Source of the DNA: a virus
Taxonomy: Duplodnaviria > Caudoviricetes
Reading direction: 5' to 3' (one strand)
Length of the DNA: 64,000 nucleotides
Virus record (IMG/VR): IMGVR_UViG_3300032218_003260
Positions 44,607-54,991 of the stretch are shown here, in pieces. The notes under the pieces were generated by a model. It was not told where the DNA came from. It did not search any database and was given only the letters and a program-made list of their open reading frames with translations. Within the stretch, counting starts at the first letter, position 1; every line of letters begins with the position of its first letter. Made by a program: the position numbers and the translations under genes.

Positions 44607-45554
44607 TTAATTAGCATTACAACTGGAATCGCCCAATTTGCTGCCTAGTACGACAAGGCTCATCTGTGTAACTTCAGACCCGAGACGCGTGATGAAGTTC
44701 TGCAGCGTTGTCACGCCGTCACCGAACCGGTTGATTTGATTGACAATAGCGTCCAGTTCTGTGCAGCCGCAGCAGGGTTGCGCACACGTGTCGGCAAATT
44801 TTAAACCATTACTCATTGGCGTAATTTGAATGCAGTCGTCTGGCGCAAGAATGAAATTACCGTCTGTGCTGCACACGCCATTGATACACCGAATGCACGA
44901 ACCTATTTCTGGTGTTTCGCAGTAACACTCTTCGTTTAAATTGGTCCCTGAAATCGCATCAAAAATGATTTCGGTTTCCGTAGCAAACGAGACTGCGGTA
45001 ATACGTACGTTGTTTCCCGCAACAAGTGTTACGTCGCCGTAAATAGGCGCGCTCATTTCACCGTTGTTTGAAACGCGCAGCCGGGTAACCGCGCGCAGCA
45101 TTGGGCGAATAGTATCAGGTTCTAACTCGCCGGCAGCAAACGTAAATTCGTACAACCCGACCGGCATTTGATCAATTTCGTCGAGCGTGCCGAGTACAAT
45201 CCGGCCGACGCAATCATCAAAGTTGTCTAGCCCGCCGAGCGCGTATGATCTATTTGGTTGGTAATTGCTGCGAACAATATTTGCTGCAGCAACATCAACA
45301 ATTGTTCCGTTGTTGTCATAACCAACGGTGATATTAAAACCCGTCGGCGCAACTAACAGGCTTTTGATAAAAAAACGATTTGGCGCAAAAGCCAGCCCGG
45401 AATGAATCGGCAGATATAGCGCGACAATAAAACTGTCGGGGATCGTGAACGTGCCGCCGGGGTCGTTTGATTTTTTTGTGGCGCGCTCGGTCAGCGGGTA
45501 CGACCGCTGCGAGTTGTGGTTGAGCCACTGTAGATTCCAGTTTCCAATCGGCAT
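44607..45554 (-). CDS. tail/baseplate-associated protein, paralogue 5
   Basis: WLNHNSQRSYPLTE...IRCINGVCSTDGNF...CAQPCCGC. Confidence 0.7.
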   Translation of the reverse strand: MPIGNWNLQWLNHNSQRSYPLTERATKKSNDPGGTFTIPDSFIVALYLPIHSGLAFAPNRFFIKSLLVAPTGFNITVGYDNNGTIVDVAAANIVRSNYQPNRSYALGGLDNFDDCVGRIVLGTLDEIDQMPVGLYEFTFAAGELEPDTIRPMLRAVTRLRVSNNGEMSAPIYGDVTLVAGNNVRITAVSFATETEIIFDAISGTNLNEECYCETPEIGSCIRCINGVCSTDGNFILAPDDCIQITPMSNGLKFADTCAQPCCGCTELDAIVNQINRFGDGVTTLQNFITRLGSEVTQMSLVVLGSKLGDSSCNAN

Positions 45555-45567
45555 GGTGGCTCACCTA

Positions 45568-47475
45568 TTACGTTGCGCTATAGACGATACCCGTGACGCG
45601 CAACACGCCGATTTCTCCGTAGACGTTATCTTCGGCGCGACCGATTGTGATTAGCGCGGTGTCTCCGTGCGCAACGCTAAAGGCAGCGCTATCACGCGTG
45701 ATAGCGTGATCAATGAACAAATTTGCGCTTGAATTAAACGTGAGCGCGGCGTCGGTTGTTGCAAGACCTAACCCGTCGGTTAGCGTAGGGTCGGGCGATG
45801 CCAGCGTTCGACGGGTCATATACAGCGACGGCATAACTTTTCTCTGCAGTTGCGTGCCGTCACGCCCGAACAACTGCACGCGAATTTTCATCATCAGGTT
45901 GTCGCCGAGATTGCTGCCCGGCACGTTAAAACGAAGGCGCAACAACGACGCCTGCCCGCCCGGAAAACCCAGATACGGAATGTCCATGTACAGCCGTTCG
46001 ACCGTATCGCTGAGCCGGATAATCTGCGGCGAGATCTCTCGCTCCACCAGTTGATCCGTATAGTCGATCTTGAGAATGCCTTGATGCAGTGTTACCGGGC
46101 TTGATGTCGTGAGGTTAAACTGTTGTTTTTCCTGCGTGGTCAACACGCGCGGATTTGGACGCGAGCCGGTGATTGCAATTTGATTTGATAGCGTAAACGC
46201 GCCTTCAGCCAGCCAACCGCGCTTTAATTGATGTCGATTGACGACTCCCTTTAGCGCTTGTCCGCCAGTCGCTTCGGCAGCGGCAATCTGCAGGTCTAGA
46301 TTAAGCTGAAGATCCCCAGTCGACGCCGGATCATCCGCGCAATTTGAAATAGCAATCGGGCTTGTAACTGTTGTAGCAGTAGCGGTGGGCGTGGTCTCTG
46401 GTGCCGTACCGTCTACGTCTTTGACGACGCTAGTGACAACGTTACGATCATTACCGGAGAGCATGCGCAGATACACAACCGACACGCGCATGTTTTCGTA
46501 GCGAGGGCATTCGCCGGTGCCGACCGGATGCGTTGTCGGTGCCGTAAACGGGATATCGCCGGCGCAATTACTCATCCACCAAATGCCGTTGGTGTCGCAA
46601 ATTGCCAAGCCGTTGCGGCCGAGCGGGATTTCGGTGGCGCCGACATGGTCAGCGCCCTTATCCCACAACATGGCCACCGACTGAAGCGGCAGCGGCGGCC
46701 AAACGTTAGCCAGCGACGAATGCTGACTCAGGTTGTAACCAAACAGAGCGCCGTTCGGGGCTTTGCCGTTAAAAATATCATGACTCGCGGGCAGCCATCC
46801 GGGCAACTCTGGATTTGGATCGGTGATTACGCGATGACTTGCGCCGTTATGGACGATTGTCGCGGGCGTACCGGCGGGCTGCGCAACAAGATCAAATCGG
46901 TAATGCGTGTGCTCGTCGATGAAGTCGCGAATGTGCGGCATGACCACAACGCGCGGCACCGTCGTGCAGCTGTCTTTCGGGCCCTGCACGTGGCAGACAC
47001 TAACCGTGACAGCCGGGCGCTGCTTTACGAGCTTGCCGGCCTCCGACGCCGACAGGTAGTAACGGCCCGGCGTGATTGCGCCGTCGATAGCGTTGGCTAG
47101 TTCGGGAATATCGACAATGCCGCGCAGTACGATATCGCCCAATGTTTCAGAACGTTTGCGTACGCAGATGCCGACGCAGTCTGACGACGGCTGTACGACT
47201 AGTGTTTGCGTGTTGGCGTCTGGCTCAACGGCCGCCAGTGCGGGCTCGTAACGATGCTCGGTCCAGTTCCAGTAAACCGGCTGTCCGGGCAGTACGGAGC
47301 TGCAGATAGTCGCGTTGCTGTCGACTAGGACTTTACCAAGCTCGGCGGCGTCGAGCCGGTCTTTGAGGTAATCCGTGCGGTCTTCGAGCGTACGGTCTGG
47401 GCGTGAAACGACGCCAGCCTGTACAGGCTCGCCCGGATTGACGTGTTTAATATTGTGCAGCCAGTTCCCGGACAT
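45568..47475 (-). CDS. virion structural protein (tail fibre/baseplate-type)
   Basis: LEDRTDYLKDRL N-terminus; GDIVLRG...TPGRYYLSASEAGKL beta-rich module. Confidence 0.6.
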   Translation of the reverse strand: MSGNWLHNIKHVNPGEPVQAGVVSRPDRTLEDRTDYLKDRLDAAELGKVLVDSNATICSSVLPGQPVYWNWTEHRYEPALAAVEPDANTQTLVVQPSSDCVGICVRKRSETLGDIVLRGIVDIPELANAIDGAITPGRYYLSASEAGKLVKQRPAVTVSVCHVQGPKDSCTTVPRVVVMPHIRDFIDEHTHYRFDLVAQPAGTPATIVHNGASHRVITDPNPELPGWLPASHDIFNGKAPNGALFGYNLSQHSSLANVWPPLPLQSVAMLWDKGADHVGATEIPLGRNGLAICDTNGIWWMSNCAGDIPFTAPTTHPVGTGECPRYENMRVSVVYLRMLSGNDRNVVTSVVKDVDGTAPETTPTATATTVTSPIAISNCADDPASTGDLQLNLDLQIAAAEATGGQALKGVVNRHQLKRGWLAEGAFTLSNQIAITGSRPNPRVLTTQEKQQFNLTTSSPVTLHQGILKIDYTDQLVEREISPQIIRLSDTVERLYMDIPYLGFPGGQASLLRLRFNVPGSNLGDNLMMKIRVQLFGRDGTQLQRKVMPSLYMTRRTLASPDPTLTDGLGLATTDAALTFNSSANLFIDHAITRDSAAFSVAHGDTALITIGRAEDNVYGEIGVLRVTGIVYSAT

Positions 47476-47499
47476 CCTTGTCCTCCGGCAGTTAGTTGA

Positions 47500-48132
47500 T
47501 TACAAGAACGCGACATCCCACGTGATGCCGATTTGCGATGACGCTTCCTTGGTCACCTGATTTCCGCCGCTAAAAATTGTCCGCGCAAACACGACGTCTT
47601 TTGATCGGTCGCTTAATACCGGCGCGGCCACTAAAGCTGCCGCGTACACTCGACTGTTGTTTGCGCTGCTAAATTGCCGCGCCGCGCCCGCGTAGACAAC
47701 GCGAGCCTCTGAGGTCTGCGCAAAGAACGTAAGCTGATTGCCAGATTGATTGACTGGCAAGTTGGCGTCGTAGCCAGCTGATACGCTCAGCGCCGGTTCA
47801 ATGCTCAGCGGGACGCGAATAAAATTGCGCGTCTGCGAATCGCTAAGCGAATTGTAGTACGTGATATCGACATTGCGACCAAAGCTGGGTGTCGATACAG
47901 TCAGCGCGGGATCGATGTTTTCGTACTCGATGTACATCGCCGAAATGTGATAGTCCAGCCGATCAGGTTGCCGACGATAACCCAGTTGCTTGGCTGCGAT
48001 AAATCCCCAGCCGTATTGGATCTGGTTTGCTTGCGCGAACAGCGGCAGCTTCAGGCCGTTCTTTTCGTCAATGCGCCACACCGACACGTGTCCGCGTACG
48101 CCAAAAGCGGGGGTAATGTTATCGGTAGCCAT
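47500..48132 (-). CDS. baseplate/tail fibre attachment protein
   Basis: RGHVSVW...VVFARTIF...VTKEASSQIGITWDVAF. Confidence 0.55.
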   Translation of the reverse strand: MATDNITPAFGVRGHVSVWRIDEKNGLKLPLFAQANQIQYGWGFIAAKQLGYRRQPDRLDYHISAMYIEYENIDPALTVSTPSFGRNVDITYYNSLSDSQTRNFIRVPLSIEPALSVSAGYDANLPVNQSGNQLTFFAQTSEARVVYAGAARQFSSANNSRVYAAALVAAPVLSDRSKDVVFARTIFSGGNQVTKEASSQIGITWDVAFL

Positions 48133-48141
48133 GTGTTGTCC

Positions 48142-49863
48142 TTATTGGCAGGTACCGGACACGAGTCTGGCGGTGGCGCCTAAATCGTGCACCAAAGACA
48201 CCGGTACGTCGTCGTTTGCGGGGTTCATTCCTGTAAAGCGCGTTACGGCCTCAAAAACGGCGTTCTCTGGCGTTATCTTATCTTTATCGACCGCCAGCTC
48301 GAAAATTACGATCATTGCCGTTTGCGGCGGTAATAACTGACGTAGATGCCTAATATTGTACAGTCCCAGATGATTTAGCCCTAGCGCGCTTACCGAGATT
48401 CTTACCACAAATACGTTGTTGCGCAGCACGTTTTCAACTAGGAAACGTAACGGGTTAATTGTCTTCGGTAAATGCGCGGTGTTGGGTTCTGTGCCCGCGT
48501 TGACGCGTTTATCAAGTAACTGCGCCAGCGTGCCAATTTTGAGCCGTGGCGCACAATCTGGTTGCGCTTTGCGGAACTCGGCCGCCTGTACGCCGCGCTC
48601 GTGGATCTCGTCAAAGAACTGCTGCACGTCTGCCGGGTAGCCGCCTAAACGGAATTTTACGTATGTGTAGCCGGTGTGGTGTGCTGTGTTTACTTCGAGG
48701 GGCACGTTTTGGTTTTCAAAGACAAGGTCGCCGTAAAAGCACGACGAGAGAAATCCGCTGTCCAGTGCCAGCGCTGTAATAGCCCGACGAACTGGCTGAC
48801 AAGAATCTGCATTTGGGTCAAGCAGCAGCTCGTCCTCTGTTTCGGTCGCTAGCGGTTCCCACGCGTTACTGGTCAAAATGTTATTCGGCGGGGGGCAACA
48901 AATAATCTCTCCCGGTGTTTCTCGCGCATACGTGTTGCCAACAAAGAACTCATATACGTCAATACCGCGAACAAGCGGCGTACCGGCGTGAATAGTCTGT
49001 CCAACTTCAACGCGCGGCACAATGTTTTCTGTAAAACGATAAACTGCCTTGTCCGTCACGATCAGCAGACCGCGGGCATCGTCGTCAACAAGCTCGACGG
49101 TTTCTATCGGCCCCATACTGACTGGTACGCCGCAGATAGCCGCGATTGCGGCGTCAAGCCCGGCCGCTGTGGCGCCGCCCTCGACAAGCCCGGAAATAAT
49201 GGCATTCGTTAAGTCTTTGTATGCCTGACTTGTGCGGAGTTTGATGCCAACCGCGTACGCAAACTGGTTGAACACCGTGTTGTAATCAAACTGCCCACAA
49301 AACCCCCACAGCGCCAGCTCTTCGTCGTCTGCGTTGTCGGGCGACGGGCGCTTTGTAAACACAGGGTTTTCAAATGGGTCTTTGGCGAAAACGATGGCGT
49401 TGCGCGTCGTGTCAATCAGGAAGTCTGAGTTTTTGATCAGTACGCCGGTGGGATATGTAATGCGATTAAACAACTGCATCACGTCGGTCAAATTTGGCGG
49501 CAGCGGGAACGAAAAGAAGGTGGTTGTCGGCGGCACGTCAAACCGCAGGCCAGAATCAAACGTAGCCGAATTGCGGTCAAATTGTGTGATTGTTGTGCGC
49601 GCGCTGTTGCGCTCTGACTTTTTTAAGACGATTGGCGTCAGCGTCTCAGTGTGAAACAGCGGTACGTCAAAGCGGCTTAACGACTCAATCGTTTCAATGA
49701 GGTTGTGATACGTTTGATTTACAACCTGTGCGGTCGCAATTGCGTACGAATGCACCTGATCTACGCCCGTGTATGTGCGCGCCCAGAAGCTACCCAACGC
49801 CGCAATTAGGTTGCGGCTGCGGTCAAAGTCAGACCCGGGGTATACAAATTCTGGTTTGTTCAT
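48142..49863 (-). CDS. baseplate wedge (tail protein I-like) protein
   Basis: Follows the J-like gene; LGSFW N-terminus; LRQLLPPQTAMIVI C-terminus. Confidence 0.55.
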   Translation of the reverse strand: MNKPEFVYPGSDFDRSRNLIAALGSFWARTYTGVDQVHSYAIATAQVVNQTYHNLIETIESLSRFDVPLFHTETLTPIVLKKSERNSARTTITQFDRNSATFDSGLRFDVPPTTTFFSFPLPPNLTDVMQLFNRITYPTGVLIKNSDFLIDTTRNAIVFAKDPFENPVFTKRPSPDNADDEELALWGFCGQFDYNTVFNQFAYAVGIKLRTSQAYKDLTNAIISGLVEGGATAAGLDAAIAAICGVPVSMGPIETVELVDDDARGLLIVTDKAVYRFTENIVPRVEVGQTIHAGTPLVRGIDVYEFFVGNTYARETPGEIICCPPPNNILTSNAWEPLATETEDELLLDPNADSCQPVRRAITALALDSGFLSSCFYGDLVFENQNVPLEVNTAHHTGYTYVKFRLGGYPADVQQFFDEIHERGVQAAEFRKAQPDCAPRLKIGTLAQLLDKRVNAGTEPNTAHLPKTINPLRFLVENVLRNNVFVVRISVSALGLNHLGLYNIRHLRQLLPPQTAMIVIFELAVDKDKITPENAVFEAVTRFTGMNPANDDVPVSLVHDLGATARLVSGTCQ

Positions 49864-49865
49864 GA

Positions 49866-51587
49866 TCAGTTAGCCCAGCCGGCGGAGACGACAGATACCG
49901 ACACGTCTTGCGGTCCGGTTAAAAACACAGTTGTACGGCCTGTAACAAGACGAGCTGCGTCGGTGGGTAGTTTCAAAATTGTGTTGTCGCGCACATACGT
50001 AGTGCTGCCGTCGGGGCGGCGGATGCGGCCAAACATATCAATACCGCCAAGCGCTTGCTGGCTGGACAAGTGCTTGTGCGCAGCGTTACTAATAACTGAC
50101 GCGTGCAGCTGCCCGGAGAACCCAACACCGGCGACCGCGGCGCTGACGCTCTTTTGAATCGCTTCAATATCGGGCGTAACGACGGCGGGGCTTTTACGGA
50201 TCTCAAACGAAATCTTTGTGAAACACGGCACCGCGGCTTTTACCAGCACGTCGGCAGCGCGTGGGCGGGTGTCGCGCCCGGCAAAATAATCTTGCAGCTC
50301 GCCAATCAGGGGCATTCCAGTCGTAGTGACAGCGTACCACTTTTTCGTCTGGTTTGGGATGAGCGCTCCCGCCGGTTGGATAGCGGTGTTCACAAAACGG
50401 ATAACAGCTGTCTGATATCGTGTATACGCGCTTTCGTGGAGATACAGCACGTCGGGCACGAAATCCAGCTCTAAGAAATCGGCCGTTCGTGTGTCTTGCA
50501 GCACGGAGTAATTTGCCTGCGGCACTCCAGCCAGCGCCGGATCCACGATGCGTGTGACTTCGTAAAACCCGGGAGCGGTGTTTCGACCGATTGAGACCTG
50601 CCAGACAGTGCCGGTTGGTGTGCCGCCAACCAGAGCCTGTTCGTCGCAATTCCCGGTTGGATTCGTCGGGGGCGTGTAGGGGCCGACGTATGTTGCCTCT
50701 AGCAAGTGTTCAATTTCTTGCGCGTACGAATTGGTCTGCGCGTAGATGTCAACTTTTCCGCCGCCAGAGATCGGAAACAGGGAATGCTGGTCGCGCTGCT
50801 GTTCCGCGTCGCCACAACCTAATACAGACAGGTGCTCGGTGTTTTTGAAAGCCGGTTGCGCCATTACAGCCGCGGTGTAGCTGGCGCGGCTACCGACTGT
50901 CTTCGCAGCCAGTCCGGTTGTCAGTCGCGCTAAATAGTCTTCGTTGGTGGCTGGGTCGCGGCCGGCAATAAAATCTGCCGCGGCGAAGGCGGCCGCCACG
51001 TTGTTTAAAAGGTTGTCAGGAATCAGATTGACGCCGCGCTTAATGTTGCCCGCTGCGCCAATTGAGCGTGCCACTACATTAACCGTCGCCGCAAACGTAC
51101 CGTCGCCAACCGGGATCATTTTGCGCTGATTCGCGTCAGTCAGTACGTCAGTCGTCGTAGGCGGTAATACGAGAAACGACCCGGTTGGTACGAAAATGGT
51201 TTCGGCGTCTTCGGCTGTGAACCGCACCGTATCGGGAATCTCGGTGCGTACGTCTGCATTGAAAATGATCGTAATCGAACCTACAGCCGGAGTGCCGTTG
51301 TCGCGCTGCACGTTGAAATTAGACAATACTTGATCGACGATGTCCGGGTCGGCAAGCGTCGGGTCCTGTGTGATCTTTAATAAGCTGTTGCTCTGTTGGA
51401 CGCGCGTGATGTTTTCCTGAATCGCGGCGTTTAGCAGGCCGTCAAAATACAGCACAAGATCGTGAAATACGCCGCGCGTTAGCTCGACCTCCGGGTGGCG
51501 TTCCGCCATAAGTTGCGACAACGTCGCAACCATTTCTTGCACCCTAGTCGGGTTAAGCTGCGTTAAACTGGTTATTTCAATCGACAT
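49866..51587 (-). CDS. baseplate J-like wedge protein
   Basis: LSNFNVQRDNGTPAVGSITI...ARSIGAAGNI...GRDPATNEDYLARL...GGGKVDIY. Confidence 0.85.
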   Translation of the reverse strand: MSIEITSLTQLNPTRVQEMVATLSQLMAERHPEVELTRGVFHDLVLYFDGLLNAAIQENITRVQQSNSLLKITQDPTLADPDIVDQVLSNFNVQRDNGTPAVGSITIIFNADVRTEIPDTVRFTAEDAETIFVPTGSFLVLPPTTTDVLTDANQRKMIPVGDGTFAATVNVVARSIGAAGNIKRGVNLIPDNLLNNVAAAFAAADFIAGRDPATNEDYLARLTTGLAAKTVGSRASYTAAVMAQPAFKNTEHLSVLGCGDAEQQRDQHSLFPISGGGKVDIYAQTNSYAQEIEHLLEATYVGPYTPPTNPTGNCDEQALVGGTPTGTVWQVSIGRNTAPGFYEVTRIVDPALAGVPQANYSVLQDTRTADFLELDFVPDVLYLHESAYTRYQTAVIRFVNTAIQPAGALIPNQTKKWYAVTTTGMPLIGELQDYFAGRDTRPRAADVLVKAAVPCFTKISFEIRKSPAVVTPDIEAIQKSVSAAVAGVGFSGQLHASVISNAAHKHLSSQQALGGIDMFGRIRRPDGSTTYVRDNTILKLPTDAARLVTGRTTVFLTGPQDVSVSVVSAGWAN

Positions 51588-51588
51588 A

Positions 51589-52062
51589 TTACACCTGTGG
51601 CAGCGTGGCTACCGGTAAAATTACAACCCGCTCGTCGCCGGCGATGCTTGTAATCATAACACGCATGTTTAAATATCCCGGCAGGATTGCGACAGATAGC
51701 AATTCTGCGTCGTCAAACCGCTCGTCGGCCGGCATTCCTTCGTATTCTTCGTTTTGGAGCGTGACGCGTAACCGAAGATTGGCGTCATAAAAGTTCTGCG
51801 TAACGTCAAGCTGGCTGCGCATCTGCCCCTGTCGGACCAGCTGCATAAAATCGGTGCCCCGCTCAGGGAGGCCGGGCATTGAACCGATTTCGGTCAGGAA
51901 CTCTAGCGCCCAGCGTTGCGCCAGCTTTTGAATGCCGACGCAAATAAGCCCGCTATTGTCTTCGTCATATAAGACGAGACCGAGTTTATTATCGCGCGCA
52001 GTGTTGACGTTCTGCAGCGCGAGGTAGTCATATTTGCGGTTTGCAAAGTCAGCTAGACTCAT
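51589..52062 (-). CDS. gp25/GPW-like baseplate wedge protein (sheath initiator)
   Basis: GIQKLAQRWALEFLTEIGSM...GTDF; located immediately upstream of the J-like gene. Confidence 0.7.
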   Translation of the reverse strand: MSLADFANRKYDYLALQNVNTARDNKLGLVLYDEDNSGLICVGIQKLAQRWALEFLTEIGSMPGLPERGTDFMQLVRQGQMRSQLDVTQNFYDANLRLRVTLQNEEYEGMPADERFDDAELLSVAILPGYLNMRVMITSIAGDERVVILPVATLPQV

Positions 52063-52064
52063 GG

Positions 52065-52547
52065 TTAACCTCCGGCCGCGCCGGCATCAATGTGCGTTTG
52101 TACGTTGTCTTTGAAGAACGAAAACACGCCAACTTTTGTTTTCCCGTGACCTTGTAGACGCCCGTGCATGAACGACATGCAACGAGCGTAGCTTGCGTGG
52201 CGTGTCCGCCACGCGCGTTCTTCTACTGCCATAAAGTCTGCTTGCCATTTCATTGCTATTAAATCGCCCGTCGTGCCGCCTTGCTTCTCCGGCCCCGAAA
52301 GTACCGAGTCCGAATAGATCTGATTAATGTTGTTGCGGTCCCAGCTAGGAAAACTCATGCCGGGAACGTCGAGCAGTTCTTTTGTTTTGATTTCTTCTGG
52401 TGTGTGCCAAGGACGCCAGTCCGTCATGTAATTTTTAAAGACTTCGGCCATTTTCTTGGCGCGCTCTTCTAGCTGGTCGATACGGGCTTGGAACTTTCCG
52501 TCGACTTGCCCTTTTTTTGCGCCGAGGCCGGGTTTTTCTTCTGCCAT
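52065..52547 (-). CDS. hypothetical protein
   Basis: 160 aa; AAGGAG RBS. Confidence 0.7.
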   Translation of the reverse strand: MAEEKPGLGAKKGQVDGKFQARIDQLEERAKKMAEVFKNYMTDWRPWHTPEEIKTKELLDVPGMSFPSWDRNNINQIYSDSVLSGPEKQGGTTGDLIAMKWQADFMAVEERAWRTRHASYARCMSFMHGRLQGHGKTKVGVFSFFKDNVQTHIDAGAAGG

Positions 52548-52556
52548 GACCGCTCC

Positions 52557-53378
52557 TTAGAAATTGCCTTGAGTGTATTGTTTATCGAGCATCGCCTGAA
52601 TCTTGGCGGCGCGTTGGCTTACCGCGCCGGGCGTGATGTTTAACCGCCGTGCGATTTCTTGCGTGCTGGTTTTTTTTCGCCCATTACGGCCGAGTGTCAT
52701 ATCCGCAATTAACTTGTCGATTGAGCCAAGATCTTCGTAGACAAAGTTAAACCACGCATCAGCGGATCGGTTACTGTTTGGAATCGTGCTTGCTACGTCG
52801 CCACCGTAGCTTTCTTCGTCAGTGACTTCGCGTGTCGTCATGCCTTCGGATACCGGCTGATTAAACGCGCGAATTTTTTGAATACGGCGTTTTGATAGCC
52901 CGGTGTGATCAGCCAGCTCGTCGTCAGTAGGATCGCGACCTAGCTGGTCATACAGCTCGGATTCGTTCTCCGTTAGCCGACCGTAATCGAGGCCGACTTG
53001 CTCAGGAATCGAGATGATGTTTTGTGCCTGCGCAGACACTCGGCGCAGGCTCTGTAACTGCGACAGCAGATGAGTGCGCACGTTGCCGCGTTGCGGGTCG
53101 TAAGTATCCAGCGCCTTGAGCGCCATAAGCCGCGCTTTGGATTTAATTGTCGGGCTGGCGTTTTGACCGGCGTAACTCATCACAGCTGTGTCGATAACCG
53201 GCTGAAGTGTTCCTAGCAGCGCTGTATTTGTTTCCGGCGTTTTAGCGTGCTGCCACTGCGTATAGGCGTTATCAAAGTCGGTGCTGACGCCCGTCGGCCT
53301 CCGCGCCGAGAACGGTGCAGGCACGTCGCCTAAGATAGACGGCATGCCGGCCGGCGTACTGGTTTTGTTATCAGCCAT
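52557..53378 (-). CDS. sigma-70 family sigma factor (FliA/SigF-like, regions 2-4)
   Basis: ALDTYDPQRG, ISIP, QLGRDPTDDELADHTGLS, QEIARRLNITPGAVSQ; start re-called at MADNKTS. Confidence 0.8.
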   Translation of the reverse strand: MADNKTSTPAGMPSILGDVPAPFSARRPTGVSTDFDNAYTQWQHAKTPETNTALLGTLQPVIDTAVMSYAGQNASPTIKSKARLMALKALDTYDPQRGNVRTHLLSQLQSLRRVSAQAQNIISIPEQVGLDYGRLTENESELYDQLGRDPTDDELADHTGLSKRRIQKIRAFNQPVSEGMTTREVTDEESYGGDVASTIPNSNRSADAWFNFVYEDLGSIDKLIADMTLGRNGRKKTSTQEIARRLNITPGAVSQRAAKIQAMLDKQYTQGNF

Positions 53379-53380
53379 GA

Positions 53381-54991
53381 TTATGCCTTCTTGAGCGGGC
53401 CGCCGGGCCATTTAGTACTGTCTTTGTACAACGGAGCATATGTCTGTGAAATAAGTGTCGTGTCTTCGTCTTCTTCTTCTGTTCGAATATAGGCCAGCCC
53501 AAATGATGTACCCGCTAACGCGCGTTCCGCATTGATCGCGTACGACACCTGCGTGACGGACGCGATCATCGCACCGTCTGATTGAATTTCCGAGTTTGGC
53601 AGTTCAATTCTAACAATACTGCCCGGAGCAATATCGAACCGCAGTTTGCCCGATAATTCGCCGTAACGCTGGCTCAAAAACTCTGTTTTGTAGAAATGTT
53701 CTGCAAAACGTTTACAAACACCGTCCGCCATTCCCTGCGCGACGTCCGCCGGCAGCAGCCACTCAGGCGGCGGCTCACCTTCACCATACCCCCCACCCGA
53801 AACACAATCTCCGGGGCACTTGCCTTTCACTGCGGTCGTTGCGCCCGTAAAAATTGGCCATGGCGCCATATTTGTTAGCCACGACGGCAAATCTTTAAAT
53901 AGCTTTAACCCGGGACGTTCTTCCCCGGGTTTAAACGGATACTGACCCGCTGGTTGTGTGTACACATCCGCCATACGAACTTGCCCGCCCGTCGACAGCA
54001 TCGGGTCCATTTGTTGCGGCCAAAATACGACCACGCTGTCAATGAGCTGACTCATAGACGCGTTAAAGTTGGCGTAGCTATATTCGTCGCCTTTGATGAC
54101 GTATTTTTTATTGCCATCATGCTTAAGCCCGCCAAAAAACGGAACCACGTATGCGTGTTCAATTGCCGGCGACACCGCAAAGAAAAACTGCGACGCGTAT
54201 TCGCCGACAAGCTTTCCCCAAAACGATGTGTACGCAAATGATTCCAGCGCGTCCTTTGTCAACGCCGTACGCACCGACTGTTCAATGTTGTTGCCGTTTA
54301 AGCCGTCAAGGTTTAAAGCTAGCTTGGCGTTACCCGGCGCAACGGGCATGCGTTTTAACGCTTTTATTGCTGCTTCGTTTGGGCGTGATTGCGGTAACTT
54401 ATACTCAGCCATTTTGTTGAAGATCGGTTTGATAACCTCACCCCACAGGTCGCGCGAAATCTTGTCTTTGCGGATGAGATCGCCGTTGGCGTCAATAATC
54501 GGAACGCTGGAGTGCGCGTTACCTTCCGTCTGCAACGCCACAAAGGCTGCGTTTGTGGCCATAAGGAACGGCGCGTTTTGAAACCATTTGCCGTTGAGGG
54601 CTGACGAGTTGTTCAAGTCGTCGAGCCAGTGGATGAGTTGCAGCACGTAGTTAGCGCTGTTGTGCGAGCGCTGATACCCAATGCCTGCAAGCATGCCTTC
54701 AAATATCACAAACCGGCCGTTCTCCATTTTGTCTTTCTGCCCGGCTTCGGGGATAATTCTGAGCCAGACAGTCACAGGATCGCGCGGTTTGATTTGTTTA
54801 CGCAATTTATGGATCGTCGCTTCGCGTTTCTGACCCGATGCCGCGTCATATCCGACAGCCACGGTGAGCGACGCTGTCGGAATGCTGTTCAATCCAAACG
54901 TCGCCGAAATAGCTACGATGTCATCAAACACGGTGTCTTTGATCTTGGCCGTGATTTCAAACTTGGAGTAGACGTACGGCTGTTTAGCCAT
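53381..54991 (-). CDS. baseplate hub (gp27/GpD-like) protein
   Basis: AISATFGLNSIPTASLTV...IFEGMLAG...GELSGKLRFDIAPGSIVRI. Confidence 0.65.
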   Translation of the reverse strand: MAKQPYVYSKFEITAKIKDTVFDDIVAISATFGLNSIPTASLTVAVGYDAASGQKREATIHKLRKQIKPRDPVTVWLRIIPEAGQKDKMENGRFVIFEGMLAGIGYQRSHNSANYVLQLIHWLDDLNNSSALNGKWFQNAPFLMATNAAFVALQTEGNAHSSVPIIDANGDLIRKDKISRDLWGEVIKPIFNKMAEYKLPQSRPNEAAIKALKRMPVAPGNAKLALNLDGLNGNNIEQSVRTALTKDALESFAYTSFWGKLVGEYASQFFFAVSPAIEHAYVVPFFGGLKHDGNKKYVIKGDEYSYANFNASMSQLIDSVVVFWPQQMDPMLSTGGQVRMADVYTQPAGQYPFKPGEERPGLKLFKDLPSWLTNMAPWPIFTGATTAVKGKCPGDCVSGGGYGEGEPPPEWLLPADVAQGMADGVCKRFAEHFYKTEFLSQRYGELSGKLRFDIAPGSIVRIELPNSEIQSDGAMIASVTQVSYAINAERALAGTSFGLAYIRTEEEDEDTTLISQTYAPLYKDSTKWPGGPLKKA

